A stretch of DNA of 64,000 bases from Haliotis rubra. Lineage: Eukaryota. Location of the stretch: NCBI RefSeq assembly GCF_003918875.1, contig NW_025765692.1:868001-932000 (forward strand), read 5' to 3'. The notes below the pieces were generated by a model. The model searched no databases. It was not told the origin of the DNA and was given only the letters and a program-made list of their open reading frames with translations. Numbering within the stretch: position 1 is the first letter of the stretch; every line of letters starts with the position of its first letter. Position numbers and translations under genes: made by a program. Shown piece after piece: positions 37,501-51,600 of the stretch.

Positions 37501-37878
37501 TGTGAACAGCTTCTGTGACTGTCCATTGTTGACAGTATTTTATGTGATATATAAATAATATATGGGTTTGTTTCAAAATGAAATACTTGCAAGGTGACCC
37601 GAGAGTAAGATCAATCACTAGACTCGTATATCAGGCAAGATAAGAACTCACCTATTTCCCTGTAGATACCGATAGTAAATGGTCGCTTACTACACGTGGC
37701 TCCGGTGTTACACGTCACTGCCTTGTTCAATTAATGTTTGGGATATGTAATAAACTTGAAATTTGTTTTGTTCCTAAATACAAGTGTGTTATCTTAGAAT
37801 CAGATCAAGGTATATAATGAATGAGTGCTGTATGTGTGTAAGCAGTTGGTAGAAACTGAATATCCCTTGTCTATGAGA

Positions 37879-38210
37879 CAGTGTTCACGAATGGTGTTTC
37901 AAAGTCACAGGACATTGGGTCCTGTAAGTTTCAGATGTCTGTCTGACCCATTGAAAATGCACAGGACCCATGGAATAAAATTATACACACATGTCAGATT
38001 TAATATTTCTTATAATTGACGTTGAAATTATTAACAAGCATAAGATTTATAAACAGCTAACAAGTGTCACATGTCACATAAAACAACTTCAGTCAATGTC
38101 ATTGTGAAATATACAGTCAGACACTGGGGCCTGCGGGTTGTTGATTTCTGTCTGACCGTTGGTGAATCTGCCGGATTTGTCAGAGGGTCAGACGCTATTC
38201 GTGAACACTG
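37879..38210. mobile_element. hAT-like MITE, TIR CAGTGTTCACGAAT, 6-bp TSD atgaga
   Basis: Perfect 14-bp TIR; atgaga immediately flanks both ends. Confidence 0.85.
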
Positions 38211-38214
38211 ATGA

Positions 38215-38465
38215 GATAGAATAGAATAGAATAATACTTTAATGCCTTTTCAGGAATTTGTGTTACATCAGCAGAGCTACTGACACATTAGAGAGATACC
38301 AAACAAATTTTACATAAATTCTTTGATTTAGGTATCTTCACATTTGTTTAAGACTAAGAGAGATATGGTACTTGGAATATAGGATGTACGGGCTCTCTTA
38401 GTTTTCACAATTGGAACTTTCTAGCGGCGGCCTGAAGGGAGGAGGTTGTATTCCGAGATGGCCTC
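38215..38465 (-). pseudogene. L2/Rex-type LINE 3' remnant with (CTATT)n tail
   Basis: Reverse translation gives SEYNLLPSGRR*KVPIVKTKRA; the LPSGRR motif is typical of this group's C-terminus. Confidence 0.65.
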
Positions 38466-38857
38466 TTTGGTTGTGCCAGTAATATATCCCCTGATGTGTG
38501 ATTCTCGCAATGTGTCCCAAAGTTCAGCGACATTCAGCAACGGCTATCAGTGTCCAAGTTCACAGTCCACGGTCCACAGTCCACTCAGGCTACCTGGTTA
38601 ATGTTGGCAGTTAATGCTAGCGTGCTAATGTGTTGTGTAAATGTTTATGATTTCTGACTGCAGGTTTCCACTTTCCTCATCCCTATTGTTAACTAATGCG
38701 AGTCTGTGAGTCATGATATCCCAGAAACAATCAGGAACTAATTAACTAACTAGCTAATTAATTAATTAACTAATATATATTTGTGTGTGAGTGTGTGGTA
38801 TGAATGTTCAGTGTTTAAGTTGTCAGTGTCAATTGTTAAGTTTGGAATTGAGATGAC

Positions 38858-38942
38858 AGAACTTTATGGATGATCAACTTCTTTATTTTCACAAACACAA
38901 CGTTTCGGTATATGACGCTTCTTATACCATTTTCAAGCGAAT
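38858..38942 (-). mobile_element. Penelope-like pLTR fragment
   Basis: aactttatggatgatcaacttctttatt..acgtttcggtata..tatacc..ttcaagc has the same architecture as 22953-23040. Confidence 0.6.
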
Positions 38943-39347
38943 GTGCTCACTGGCACCAAATTCAATGTCTGAGATCAGTATCACTTTGAGCTTGTCTAAC
39001 TCATGGACACAATGATATAACTAGAATACTGTTCCAGAGTCAACACTTTCATGTTATGTGCAGCCAGGTATATGTTGTCATCTGATTGCTGTCATTGGCT
39101 GTTACGCATGGACAGTGAGGAGCACTCGGTCTAAACAGACTATAGCTAGCAGGGCGTAACAACACCACTCATCTCTTCAAGCGATTGGGGGGAGAGGGGA
39201 CTTTCATAATCCATGGATCCTGAAGTGTGCATCCAGTTTAGTATTTCCCCCAGGACCCCAAAATTTCAAAAGAGGAGCCCATATTCTAAAAAGGGAATGT
39301 AATGACAAATTACCAAGTATTATGTTCTGTTATTCATGCATACATTG

Positions 39348-39645
39348 GTCCGAGAAGGTCGATCCCTGACCGCGTCATACCAAAGACGTTGAAATATGGT
39401 ACTTGTTGGTCCCTGCCTGGCGCTCGGCATTAATGGGTACAACAAGGACTGGTCGGCTCGGAGTCAGTATAATGTGTCTGAGTGGGGTATTCATGCTTCA
39501 CTGCGGCATGGTATCTCAGTGGGCTAGCACTATAAAACCAGCTTAAGTCTGGGCTAGTACACGCAGCCGCACATACACACGCATGCACGTCGTCATATGA
39601 GCAAAATATTCTCAATCACGACGTTAAACCCAATTTCACCTCACC
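39348..39645 (+). mobile_element. SINE family C (V-domain-like), 5'-truncated, 14-bp TSD
   Basis: gtcataccaaagac..aatatggtac..ccctgcctggcgctcggcattaa resembles the V-SINE central domain; TSD tcatgcatacattg at 39334 and 39646. Confidence 0.85.
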
Positions 39646-39786
39646 TCATGCATACATTGCAGAATGATTCTTAAAGACTCAAAGAGCACAGTTATTTCAC
39701 TTAATATCAACATAAAATAGAAAATAAAAAACACCAAGTGTTGATCAATTATTGTATTAAAGAAGGGCAGGGTGCCAAGTAAAAAA

Positions 39787-39957
39787 GGGCGGTGGGGTAG
39801 CCTAGTGGATAAAAGCGTTGGCTCGTCACGCCGAAGACCCGGGTTCGATTCCCCACATGGGCATAATGTGTGAAGCCCATTTCTGGTGTCCCCCGCCGTG
39901 ATAATGCTGGAATATTGCTAAAAGCGGCGTAAAACTAAACTCAGTCAGTCAGTCAGT
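39787..39957 (+). mobile_element. tRNA-derived SINE family A, full length
   Basis: A and B boxes, (CAGT)n tail, imperfect TSD ccaagtaaaaa/ccaaataaaaa. Confidence 0.92.
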
Positions 39958-40961
39958 CCAAATAAAAATGGCAGGGGCGTGGCACCCTGCTAAAAATGCC
40001 TTGGGGAAACACTACAGGTATGTTGTCATCTTATTGCTGTCAGTATGCTGATTGGCTGTCACACATGGACGGTGAGGAGGACTTGGTTTAAACAGACTAT
40101 AACTAGCAGGGCGTAACGCCAAAACCATGCATCCTTTCAGGACATTGGCAAAGTGGTGAAAAGAACTTTAATAATCCATGTAAATGCTTGTTTATACTGC
40201 ACCAGTCTTAACTATGACAAATACCCATGGATCCTGAAGTGTACTGGTTGTGTTTTGTGTACATCCTATACCTCAAACAACTAATGTAATGTGACAGTTT
40301 TAGTGAAATTGACAGCATAAATAATTAATAGTTGTAATCTGTTAGTATTCCTGATGGGATTTGGTCAGGATCGTCCCTTACCAGACATAGTCACAACTAA
40401 TGGATATTCATGTGTAATACCTGACTGCTACTGACGTGACCTTCTCGGGAGGATTGATAACTCCATGGACTGTCGCTGCAGGCAGCAGTCACATGGTCTG
40501 TGTATGTGTCAGTGATTCAATACTTCCAACTGATTTCATGGTTTCTGTCTTTGTTCGTCTTTGTAATATCTCGGATGTGTTAGAGCCGTGAGGAAGGAAT
40601 TTGATGTTTCTATCTTCTGGCGTTATGACGAGGGCATGATCTCCAGACTTATGAGCAACATCAATAAGAGGCAAATTAGGGCTATTCTTGTTGTGGCTTG
40701 AGGACACAATTCAAATGTCATCCCTTGAAATCAGGTCCTCGTCTAAAGGTACATCATGGCTGTATGTCAGACAGCAATAGTATATAGCAACAGGTTAAAC
40801 TGGCCTAAAACTTCTATTTATAAATGTCATTTGGTTTCAAGAAACCTGATTCACATACAAATCGTATCCACATCACATCTACACACACACACCCGAACCC
40901 ACCCAAAGCTATCCTATATCCTTCCACCTTTACACTGCATTCAAACATGTCCTCACATTGC

Positions 40962-41452
40962 TTGTGAAGATCTGGGTTAGATTTGGCCTTCAGCAACACA
41001 TGCTTGTCAGGAGAGACGACTAACAGGATCGGGTGGTTAGGTTGCTGATTTGGTTGACGACTTGGTTGACACATGTCATTGTATCCCAATTGCATAGATC
41101 GATGCTCATGCTGTTGATCACTGGATTGTCTGGTACAGACTCGACCCACAGACCACCCACATCAGCCAGCCTAAGCCCAAGCTCACAGGCAAGGCATTGC
41201 CAGGCACTCAAACTACCACCCACATCAGCCAGCCTACTATGTAACAACACAGAACCACCACGATGGCGTAGTGGTAATGCGTCTGCCCGGAGAGAGGAAG
41301 GTCATGGGTTCAACTCCCGTATATTCCCGGCATTCCAAAAGACATTAAAATATGGTACCTGTTGGTCACTGCCTGGCACTCAGCATTAATGGGTACAATA
41401 AGGACTGGTTGGTTCGGAGTCAGTATAATGTGTCTGAGTGGGGTATTCATGC
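40962..41452 (+). mobile_element. SINE B (40962-41155) and tRNA-headed SINE C 5' part (41255-41452)
   Basis: Family B match; then gatggcgtagtgg (A box), ggttcaactcc (B box) and a V-like domain matching the 39348 copy. Confidence 0.82.
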
Positions 41453-43160
41453 TAATTAATCAAATCCATCTTGCACCCACGTTACATTTGAATTCATTCA
41501 TTTGTTCATAAATATTTCTTGATGTATGTAGGAGAGGATATAGATCCAGACAGACTCCTCACAGAAACACTGATGATGACACACCCGATACATGGATTCC
41601 AGATAATCATAAACACCAGTCCCATGCAATAATGTCAATGAAAGAAGCATACATGTGTCACTAGCCATCCAAGAATGGTTTCCCCAAGCTGTAAGGATTA
41701 AGTCTTATCAACAGGTGTTCATGTAGGAGGAATGTATTGATCTTAAAGGTCAAAAGGCTGAATTTTGATAGTTGGGGTTTTAGTACCAGAAGGAGGTTGG
41801 TTTATTATAGATTTTTAACTTGAGGATTAAATAACCATGGACTGCTTGTGAAAGAATATGAAACGTTTTTGGTAATAAGCTAGGGAGCTGCATGTTCAGA
41901 GATGATGATCGATGACCAGTTTATTCTATTTGTTGTTGGCTTTGATGGAGAGGCATTGATGAAGCTGGATAATCTTAACTAAAGGAGAACAACCCCTGCC
42001 ACACTGTAGTGAGGTGGCCATATTGATTGTACGTTCCTCATTGCTGTCCTCTTGAAATGGCAGGTAATCAATGGCGACTACATCATTGACCTGTGGGAAC
42101 AGAGTGTCTATTGCCAATTATGATATTGCACGTCATAATCGGTATATGATGGCTTTCTGCCTGTACAGTCAGGGCAGGTGTTATTGATTTGTCATATTAG
42201 ACATGAGTGAGTCGCAGGTATTGGGACCCGGATATTGGGACCCGAATATGTCGTGTATAGTGGAGAGGGGTCCTGTCACGTGAATGAATTTGGTTAACTT
42301 TTAAACTGATTCATTGCCCATCTACCCACAAACCCTCCGTCCCAGTATGAATCAACCTAGGTGCATCCTGACAGAATCTTCATGTTCGGTTCCTCGCTTG
42401 ACAGGCTTGACTTAACTGCCAGCTGGGAATTCTTCTTTTAATGGTAGTTTGTTCCAGAAAATACTGAAAAAGAAGAATTGTTTTCTGACCATCATTGTCA
42501 TAAGTAAACATATTTTAGTGTCCTCTTGTTTACTATTATCTACAAACAGGATAGTTACAGTATCACCCTGCCTTTCCGCACGGACAGGGATAGTTATTCA
42601 TGGGTAGTTACACTATCACAGAAAGTAACCAAATCGATTGAAACAGTGCTCAGTTTGACAGATCAATTTGGTCAATCAATCAAATATTTGTGCAGCAATC
42701 TGAGTACAATTAGTTTACGAGTGGCCACCTGTGCTGTTGAATGCCATTGATTGATCGATACCCGGACCAGCGGGCTGGGTTATCACATCAAGGTCAGACT
42801 GTAGGACCTGTGGGTGTTATAGTTTTATCACATCCTCTTCCACTGTGCCACTGCCTACACCAAGACCCCTTCACCTACAGTATTGTATGAACGCCTTGGT
42901 ATTGACTACGCACCAGTCAAGCATGCCTGCCATGTGTTAGTTCATAGTGAACTGTAACAAATCTCAGGAATGACTTGGCATTTTTTGTATTGATACATGA
43001 AAGCCATTAAACTGTACTTTAAAGAAACCTAGTTTTTAGTGGGTATGGGCCAGTATGGTGGCATAGATTGTTTCTTTTCTACCTGCTGTGACTTAGCTCT
43101 TGTTGATATATACAGATATACACCTGTGTAGATATACCTGATCTATACACCTGAATTGAT

Positions 43161-45210
43161 TAGGGGTGAAACGGTATACCACGGTATTAGTAGAACCGCG
43201 GTATTTTGCCTTCGGTCCAGTGTACCGTAATGCAATCCAAAAATTCGGTGTTTTCGTACCGACGTTTTATTAATCATTTTAAACATTTTCTAAAGTCAGC
43301 AAGACAGCAACTGCAGAAACCAGATCAGTAGCTAGGTTCTGTTTCTTTTTCAGTTATTTCAAATCAGATGAACAGCGGAACATCGTAACAACTTATAAAA
43401 GACAACTTTGTCATAAAGACATGCCATCAGCTGAGTAGTTACGATGTTTGCTGTGATGCAACACATCGCATTATATTGCGTGAGTAAACACTGCCATCCA
43501 AAAACGTATGATGTCAGAAAACTCATAATAAAACAATATTCCTCTATTTTATTTTATTTGATTAAATTTAATCCCATTTTCATTCATTAAAATTGTTTAC
43601 AGTAACATCGGAGAAAACGTGTGTGAAATGGCATCCCCTCATTCTATACGAGTACCACTTCCGCTTACCTTGTTCATAAGGGTCCGCTTTTCGCGCCCAC
43701 CGCGATAGCACCAATTTCACATTATTCTCAGTAATCAGGAACAGATTACTGCCTTGCCTTGTCATCCATTCACCCAAAGATCCACGTTATTGACTCATTG
43801 AAGTCATATTTCACTATTTATGGCCAACATTTTGTTTTTACAATCAAAGTGGCAGGTACCGCGGGAAGTCAATGGTGATTTGTCAGACTGTCTCATGAGT
43901 AAAATGTATCCACGTAACCCAAAGTGCTGAACCTATGTTAATTACTATGTTAAATATGTTCGTAGAAAACATGCATAATACTAATACCACAGTGATATAT
44001 ATTATCTCTGTTAAAATAACTGCTTGAGATATAAATTATTCTGGTAATGGAATAGAAACTCTTTCATGTTATATTTTCAGATCGTTTTTAACTGAATCAC
44101 CGGTAGATTGGAGCAAAACATTTGTACACAGCTGATTGCTATTTCCGGCTTAGTTGAATAACAGATAGCATAACAGGAAGGACAACTGAATTATCATGTC
44201 TAGTGATGTTGAATTTGATTGCAGGTTTCCAATACACATATTATTTTCATTTACAAAGTTTGTTTTTTCACCTCTGATGATACGATATAGCTTTGACTGC
44301 AATACACGCAATAGCAGTTCTGTTATGTCCATGGAAATATAGTTTGACTTGGCCTTTATTCCCGGTTAGTAGTTATGTATAACGCTGGTGTCTCATAACT
44401 CGGGGGATCAATCCATGGACCCGAAGTCTGGCGTTATGGTGAGGGATAACAGCAATTATGGGTATGGATCTGGTGGCTTCCCATCCCAGTTCTCACCAAC
44501 TCATTATAAGCTATATCAGAACAATGAACATTTAACGACCAATAAAAAGAGAAATCAGCATTCTCAAGGTAAAACATGTTTGTTTCAGAAATACATTTCT
44601 GAGTGAACTTTAAAAGATATTTTGAATGAATCTGAAAACTGAATAAAGCAAATTTCTTGAATGTGCCAAGATTGTGTAGCAGTACTTCCCAATGACTGAG
44701 GAAAGTCTCTAAATGTTTAACCGACTGAAACGAGAGATAGACAATGATTGATTTAGACCAAGGACAATGATCAGCCACACAGTCTTATGACCACGGTGTT
44801 GTGTTAATTTGTTTGATTTATTTATCTATGATATGTCATCAACAATCACATTCAACAAGATCTGATTTGTGTGTTATTGTTTTTGGTTTTTCACTGCAGT
44901 AAATGCTGATGGGATGTTACTGACTTTAAATCATACTTGGCTACTTGCTATTTTGCCACACAGACGCTATGAGCTCCAAGGTTCCAGTTAATTCTTCTAT
45001 CTTGTCATGAAATGACAGTTTTGTTCATTCAAAATAACAAAGATTATGGTTATTTCTTTCTATGTTATTAAACAATGTAAGGTTTGGCTCTTGTTATCAA
45101 TTTTCTGCATTACAATCATATCTCATATACCGAACCGAAACGGACCGAACCGAAGTTCTTGTACCGCAATACGTACCGTACCGTGGTAAGAGCGTACCAT
45201 TTCACCCCTA
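43161..45210. mobile_element. 2.05-kb non-autonomous hAT-like element
   Basis: TIR TAGGGGTGAAA[C/T]GGTA; subterminal accg/cggt motifs; 8-bp TSD gaattgat/gcattgat (7/8 match). Confidence 0.82.
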
Positions 45211-45619
45211 GCATTGATATATTTGATATACACCTGAGTAGACATATGACATCGACACACCTGACATGTACACCTGACTAGATATGACTTATACCACTAG
45301 GGTATGTTATGTCCATTGTTCTGGCAGGTTGATTTTCTGTGTATCAACCTTCTATCTGCATGTGCAGAGGTTGATATGTGGATAACAACCATGACGGTGC
45401 AGGAAAAGCACGTGCAACAAGCAATGGACGAGTCCATTTGGCGCCCACGTGGTGTAAGTAGGTTAGCAAAAACACACACTCCACCCCCAACCCCGTGCGG
45501 GTGATATGGATACAACGCTCTCACCTGACGGCTCGAGCATTGAAATCCATATCACCCTTGAGGAGGGTGCCAACGTATACGTACACACCTGCTATATATT
45601 CCTGACATGTACACTGATA

Positions 45620-46950
45620 AAATTATTGGATATATACACTTCCATAGATGTAATTGTTATATACAACTTTCCCATAGATATACCTGATATATCCACTCCC
45701 ATAGATATATCGTGTTATATACACTTTCCCATAGATATACCTGATACATACACTTCCATCGATATACTTGTTATATATGCTTACATAGATATACCTGATA
45801 TGTACACTTCCATAGATATACGTGTTATATACACTTCCATAGACATACCTGATATATATACTTCAATGGATATACTTGATATATACACTTCCATACATAT
45901 ACCTGATATATACACTTTACATAGATATAATAATATATACACTTTACATAGATATAAATGATATATACACTTCCATAAATATAACTGATATATGCACTTA
46001 CATAGATATGCCTGATATATACACGTACATAGATATAAATGATATATACACTTACATAGATATAAATGATAAATACACTTCCATAAATATAACTGATATA
46101 TGCACTTACATAGATATACCTGATATAAACACTACCATAGATATACCTGATATATACACTTTACATAGATATAAATGATATATACACTTTACATAGATAT
46201 AAATGATAAATACACTTCCATAAATATAACTGATATATGCACTTACATAGATATAAATGATATATACACTTACATAGATATAAATGATATATACACTTTA
46301 CATAGATATACCTGATATATACACTTACATAGGTATAAATGATATATAAACTTATATAGATATAAATGATATATACACTTACATAGATATAAATGATATG
46401 TACACTTTACATAGATATACCTGATATATACACTTACATAGATATAAATGATATATAAACTTATAGATATAAATGATATATACACTTACATAGATATAAA
46501 TTATATATACACTTACATGTAAATGATATATACACTTCCATAAATATACCTGATATATACACTTACATAGATAGAAATGATATATACACTTCCATACATA
46601 TACCTGATATAAACACTACCATAGATATACCTGATATATACACTTTACATAGATATACCTGATATATACACTTCCATAGATATATGTTATATACACTTGC
46701 ATGGATATACCTGATATATACACTTCCATAGATATACCTGATATATACACTTCCATAGATATACCCGGTATGTTATATACACTTGCATGGATATACCTGA
46801 TATATACACTTCCATAGATATATGTGTTATATACACTTGCATGGATATACCTGATATATACACTTCCATGGATACACTTGCATGAATATACCTGATATAT
46901 ATACTTCAGTGGATAAACCTGATATAGATATAAATTATATGTACACCTGG
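45620..46950. repeat. AT-rich 27-28-bp minisatellite (tatatacacttccatagatatacctga)n
   Basis: Seen directly. Confidence 0.92.
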
Positions 46951-47237
46951 TACACCTGAGATAAGTCTGCATATGTCTGTGTCCCAGATACATATAACAT
47001 GTGAGATCATAGGCTCAGGTGAAAAGTATAATGTACATGATGTTTTCAATAGACAGATGTTAAAGGGTGCATGTCATTTGGTAGGTGAGGCAGGTAATTG
47101 TTTTTACAAACAAGCTCTAGATTCAGATTTCTATGTCAACTAGCACTGGTTCTCCCTGTGACAACTGTATCCATCTTGTCTACCACAGTTGCCTTCAGCA
47201 CGTTGGCCACTAAGCTGTTGATTGATTTTGGTTGGCC

Positions 47238-47425
47238 TGTCTCACAGACCCTGATCCATATTTGTTTTCCTTCCATCCAGGCTTTTCTGTAATGCAATAA
47301 CCCTGAATCCAGCAAGTCTAGATTGTCCCCAGGTTCTGAATCTCCCACCTGGTGCCTTTTCAGCTTAAATGGAGTTTTTGTTTCTGTCAAAATTATGTAT
47401 ATTCAGAGAATTAAACATTAGTCTG
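47238..47425 (+). mobile_element. Family D copy
   Basis: Matches 5745-5963, including the terminal tcaaaattatgtatattcagaga..ttagtct. Confidence 0.68.
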
Positions 47426-47874
47426 ATTTGAGTGAACATTTTTGGTTCTGCAAACTCAGCAGAATATATCTCAGCAGTTATATCAGAATGTACTACAAAA
47501 TTTACAAGCACAGCTTTCTAAATCACTAAATCAATTTGAAAACATTTATCCTCTTACAATCGACCTTGTAAAGAAATAATTTTACATTATCTAGAAGTTT
47601 CAGGTTTGGGGGCAGATACAGAAAGATCCGATACAGATGTTCTTGTACATGATCTGTACAAACTTTACAGTTAATGTTGCACATGTTAAGATGGTGATTC
47701 CTGAATGTGACAAGATGTGATCATGTGATCTTTCTATTCATGGCTATGCAGTGCCTTTGAAGTCAACACGTGTGATGAGGATTAGATTTTGCAGCAGAAA
47801 ACCTCAAACAAACAAAGCCCATAATAATTTTTTCTCCAATTTCTTATCACTATATTACTATCTTTCGTCTTCAG

Positions 47875-47997
47875 GCACTCCAGACGTCAACGCTACATTC
47901 GTGGTTCACATGGTGCATCATCCTGTTTTGGCGCCTCCTCCAAGGGCAGCAACTCTTACAGTACCTCGTGGTAGCTGTATGTATAGATAAAATATGG
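47875..47997 (+). CDS. Cpes: CPES coding exon 2 (ALQTSTLHSWFTWCIILFWRLLQGQQLLQYLVVAVCIDKIW)
   Basis: tctttcgtcttcag| acceptor and TGG|gtaagg donor; 123 nt, phase 0-0; hydrophobic sequence continuing exon 1. Confidence 0.88.
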
Positions 47998-48164
47998 GTA
48001 AGGAGAAATGTTTTTCTTTTGTTTTGCCAAAAGATTATTCATGAGATCATCCAACAGAAATCTCACTTTGTGTATCGTAGGCCATGATGTACACATGATC
48101 TTGTATGTTATCGGTTACACACATGTGACCTTCAGGCTCTCCTCCCACATGAACCGACATACCA

Positions 48165-49098
48165 CGACTTAACTATAACTGACATAGCATCACATGACCA
48201 CACCCACGACGACATAACTGACCGCGACATACTGACCATGACATAACTGACATACCACGACATAACTGACATAGCATCACATAACTGACATACCAACCGA
48301 CATAACTGACATACCACGACATAACTGACATACCACGACATAACTGACATAGCATCACATAACTGACATACCACGACATAACTGACACACCATGACATAA
48401 CTGACATGACATGACATATCACGACATAACTGACAGCATGACATAACTGACATACCACGACATAACTGACACAACATGACATACCACATAACTGACATAG
48501 CGCGACATAACTGACATACTGACATACGACTTAACTGACACACCATGACATAACACATAACTGACATACCATGACATAACTGACATAGCATCACATAACT
48601 GACATAGCATGACATAACTGACATATCACGACATAACTGACATACATGACATAACACGACATAGCATGACATAACTGACATAGCATCACATAACTGACAT
48701 ACCATGACATAACTGACATAGCATCACATAACTGACATACCACGACATAACTGACATAGCATCACATTACTGACATACCACCGACATAACTGACATAGCA
48801 TCACATAACTGACATACCACGACATAACTGACATAGCATCACATAACTGACATACCACCACGCGACATAACTGACACCATGAAATAACTGACATGACTGA
48901 CATATCACGACATAACTGACAGCATGACATAACTGACATACCATGACATATCATGACATAACTGACATGACAGCGCGACATAACTGACATACCTATTATT
49001 AACTGACGTAGCATGACATAACTGATATACCACGACATAACTGACACACCATGACATAACTGACATACCACGACATAACTGACATACCATGACATACC
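48165..49098. repeat. 19-bp minisatellite (cataccacgacataactga)n, abutting a SINE C 3' tail at 49099-49200
   Basis: Period 19 (48242 and 48261); cgtcatatgagcgaaatattctcaagcacgacgtaaaacccaatttcacc matches 39593-39645. Confidence 0.9.
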
Positions 49099-49966
49099 AT
49101 CGTCATATGAGCGAAATATTCTCAAGCACGACGTAAAACCCAATTTCACCTCACCTCACCTCACCTCACTCTCACCTCACTCTCACCTCACTCTCACTCT
49201 GTCAAGGGAGGTCGTGACTCAAGCAGGACAACTTCAAAAGACAATCTGTAAATGCAAATCTCCTGATTTGAACAGTAATTGTATTTCTTTTGACCACTCC
49301 CACTTGCCACACACTACACACCCAGTGAGGATGAAGACAACATCAAACAGTTGTAGAAGCTGTGTGTGGGGACTGATGTGGTGAGCCATCAATGAATGAG
49401 TCAGTCACCAGCTGTTTCATCATGTCATCATCATATAGCTCATTGTTGGCAGTTACAAGAGACCTGATAAAATTTCAGGATGTTTGTACAAACAACCTGA
49501 AGAAAGGTTACCAGAATGACTCCAGCCCCACATCAATGGTAGTGAGTGGGTTGGTTTGAATGCTCAGTATCTGTGTCTGTTAGAGGAGTAATGAGATGCT
49601 GAGGCAGCGATACGATACATATCCCGGTATTATGGGTGTGATAACTTATATTTCCTCACTTCGTATCCTCTCCCCTGTTGCATGTTAATCATTGGTTTTC
49701 AATTATTTGAGGCAGAGAAAATGGGATATTGTAGGAGAGAAACGTAATGGCTTGGAGGCATGGGAAGATTCTGCTTGTATAGCCAGCCAGGAAGTACAAC
49801 AGAATCTGCTTGAACTGGTTCTTGAACAATTTCCATTATTTCTCATGTTGTTACATCATTATAGCTTCTAATGTAATGTTCTCTGATGTTGTAAATTCAT
49901 GTATTGTATCATGAGTGTTGTATTGCAATACAGTATTGTGCTGCCATATCGATGTATGGTATCATG

Positions 49967-50070
49967 AGCCTTGTACTGAGATACAGTATTGTACTGCTAT
50001 ATCAATGTATTTAGGCTCATGACACAATGCATCGATATGGCAGTACAGTACTGTATCTCAATACAAGGCT
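49967..50070. repeat. Inverted repeat, 45-bp arms, 14-nt loop, within a decayed MITE-like segment (about 49600-50130)
   Basis: agccttgtactgagatacagtattgtactgctatatcaatgtatt pairs with aatgcatcgatatggcagtacagtactgtatctcaatacaaggct. Confidence 0.8.
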
Positions 50071-50969
50071 GATGAATCAATACATTGTTCTTGCAGTACA
50101 ATACTGTCTTGCCATACCGTTACAGCACTAGTGTCTGTGTGGGCTGTAGGGGGAGTACGACTTAAATTTCACCCACTCATTCACAATGAATCACATGTGA
50201 ATTCCCTTCTGTACTGTGACCAGAAAGACATGTACTTCTTCGTATAGGACTGGTGCGGATATCTCAAAAACAACTCATGAAAATCTGAATGTAAAAAGGA
50301 CAATTCCCTAAACACTTGTATACACTATGTGAAGTGACCTGTCACAAGTGTATGGGACACCAGACTGAGGGGATATTACATTTCACTGACCCATGGTGCT
50401 TTCTACAATTTCACTTCTGCAATTTCTACAGTTTCTACAATTTCTGCATTTCAACCCATCTTGTAACAAAAGTAGCAACAGGTGCTGTGTAGTCATGCTG
50501 TAAATATAAGCCACAACTTTCTGCTGCCCTATTAAAACATAATACACTGTCTGGAAATTGCCAATATTCTGTCTGATAAGTATGCAGAGGAGCTGAAACA
50601 TTGCATGAATACATGATGGCAAAGCTTTCAGCTGAACTTGTCTGTTGCCCTACTGCACTGCCAGTTGAATGAGATCCCAACCAGTCATTATTAACATGCA
50701 GTTATTACTGGTAACTAATTTGATGTATTTCAGAGAATCCCTGACTATTCTGTGAAGAGAGTAATAGACTGGTCAGGTCTCATATTGCATGGAAACACTG
50801 AACAATGTGCCCTTGTTCATGTTGCTGAGAGATATGTGTCAGTGTTTAGTAAGTCGTGTGTGAGGTTCTCATTGTTGACTTGTATCGGAATGCTGTTTGA
50901 ATGTTTCTGGGTATGGAGGTATCAGCAGTATGGGAAGTATGTACCAAACGTCTGCCATATCATGTACAG

Positions 50970-51600
50970 CAAGCAGATATACAGGAGTTATGACTCAATT
51001 TGGAGTCATGATATACAGAGTCATTATGACTGTTTTGTGCAACGATGCACAGACATTATTACTACTGGCATATATATCTTGTTATGATATACAGAGTCAT
51101 TATGACTGTTATGTGCAATGATGCACAGACATTATTACTACTGGCATATGTATCTTGTTATGATATACAGAGTCATTATGACTGTTATGTCCAATGATAC
51201 ACAGACATTATTACTATATATATATCTTGTTATGATATACAGAGTCATTATGACTGTTATGTCCAATGATACACAGACATTATACCGGTATATATATCTT
51301 TATTTATGATTACATTATACTACTGGCATATGTATCTTGTTATGATATACGGGGTCATTATGACTACTTTTATATAGTGTGTAATGTACATACTACCATT
51401 ATGACTGCATGTGTTACGATACATACTTTCATGATTACTTTATAGTGTTTTATTATACATACTATTATTATGACCATAGTGTGTTATGATACATTGGGAC
51501 ATTATAACAATATGGCATTCTGATATACAAGTTCAAGATGACTCTATACATGATATACAGTGTAATGATATACACAGACGTAATGACTCTATTCATATAT
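50970..51600. repeat. About 76-bp tandem repeat decaying to the right
   Basis: tgatatacagagtcattatgactg at 51009 and 51085. Confidence 0.85.

Larger units (their letters stand above)
39239..40014. mobile_element. hAT-like MITE (TIR TAGT[A/G]TTTCCCC) containing two SINE insertions
   Basis: tagtatttcccc ... ggggaaacacta; no clear TSD. Confidence 0.6.
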
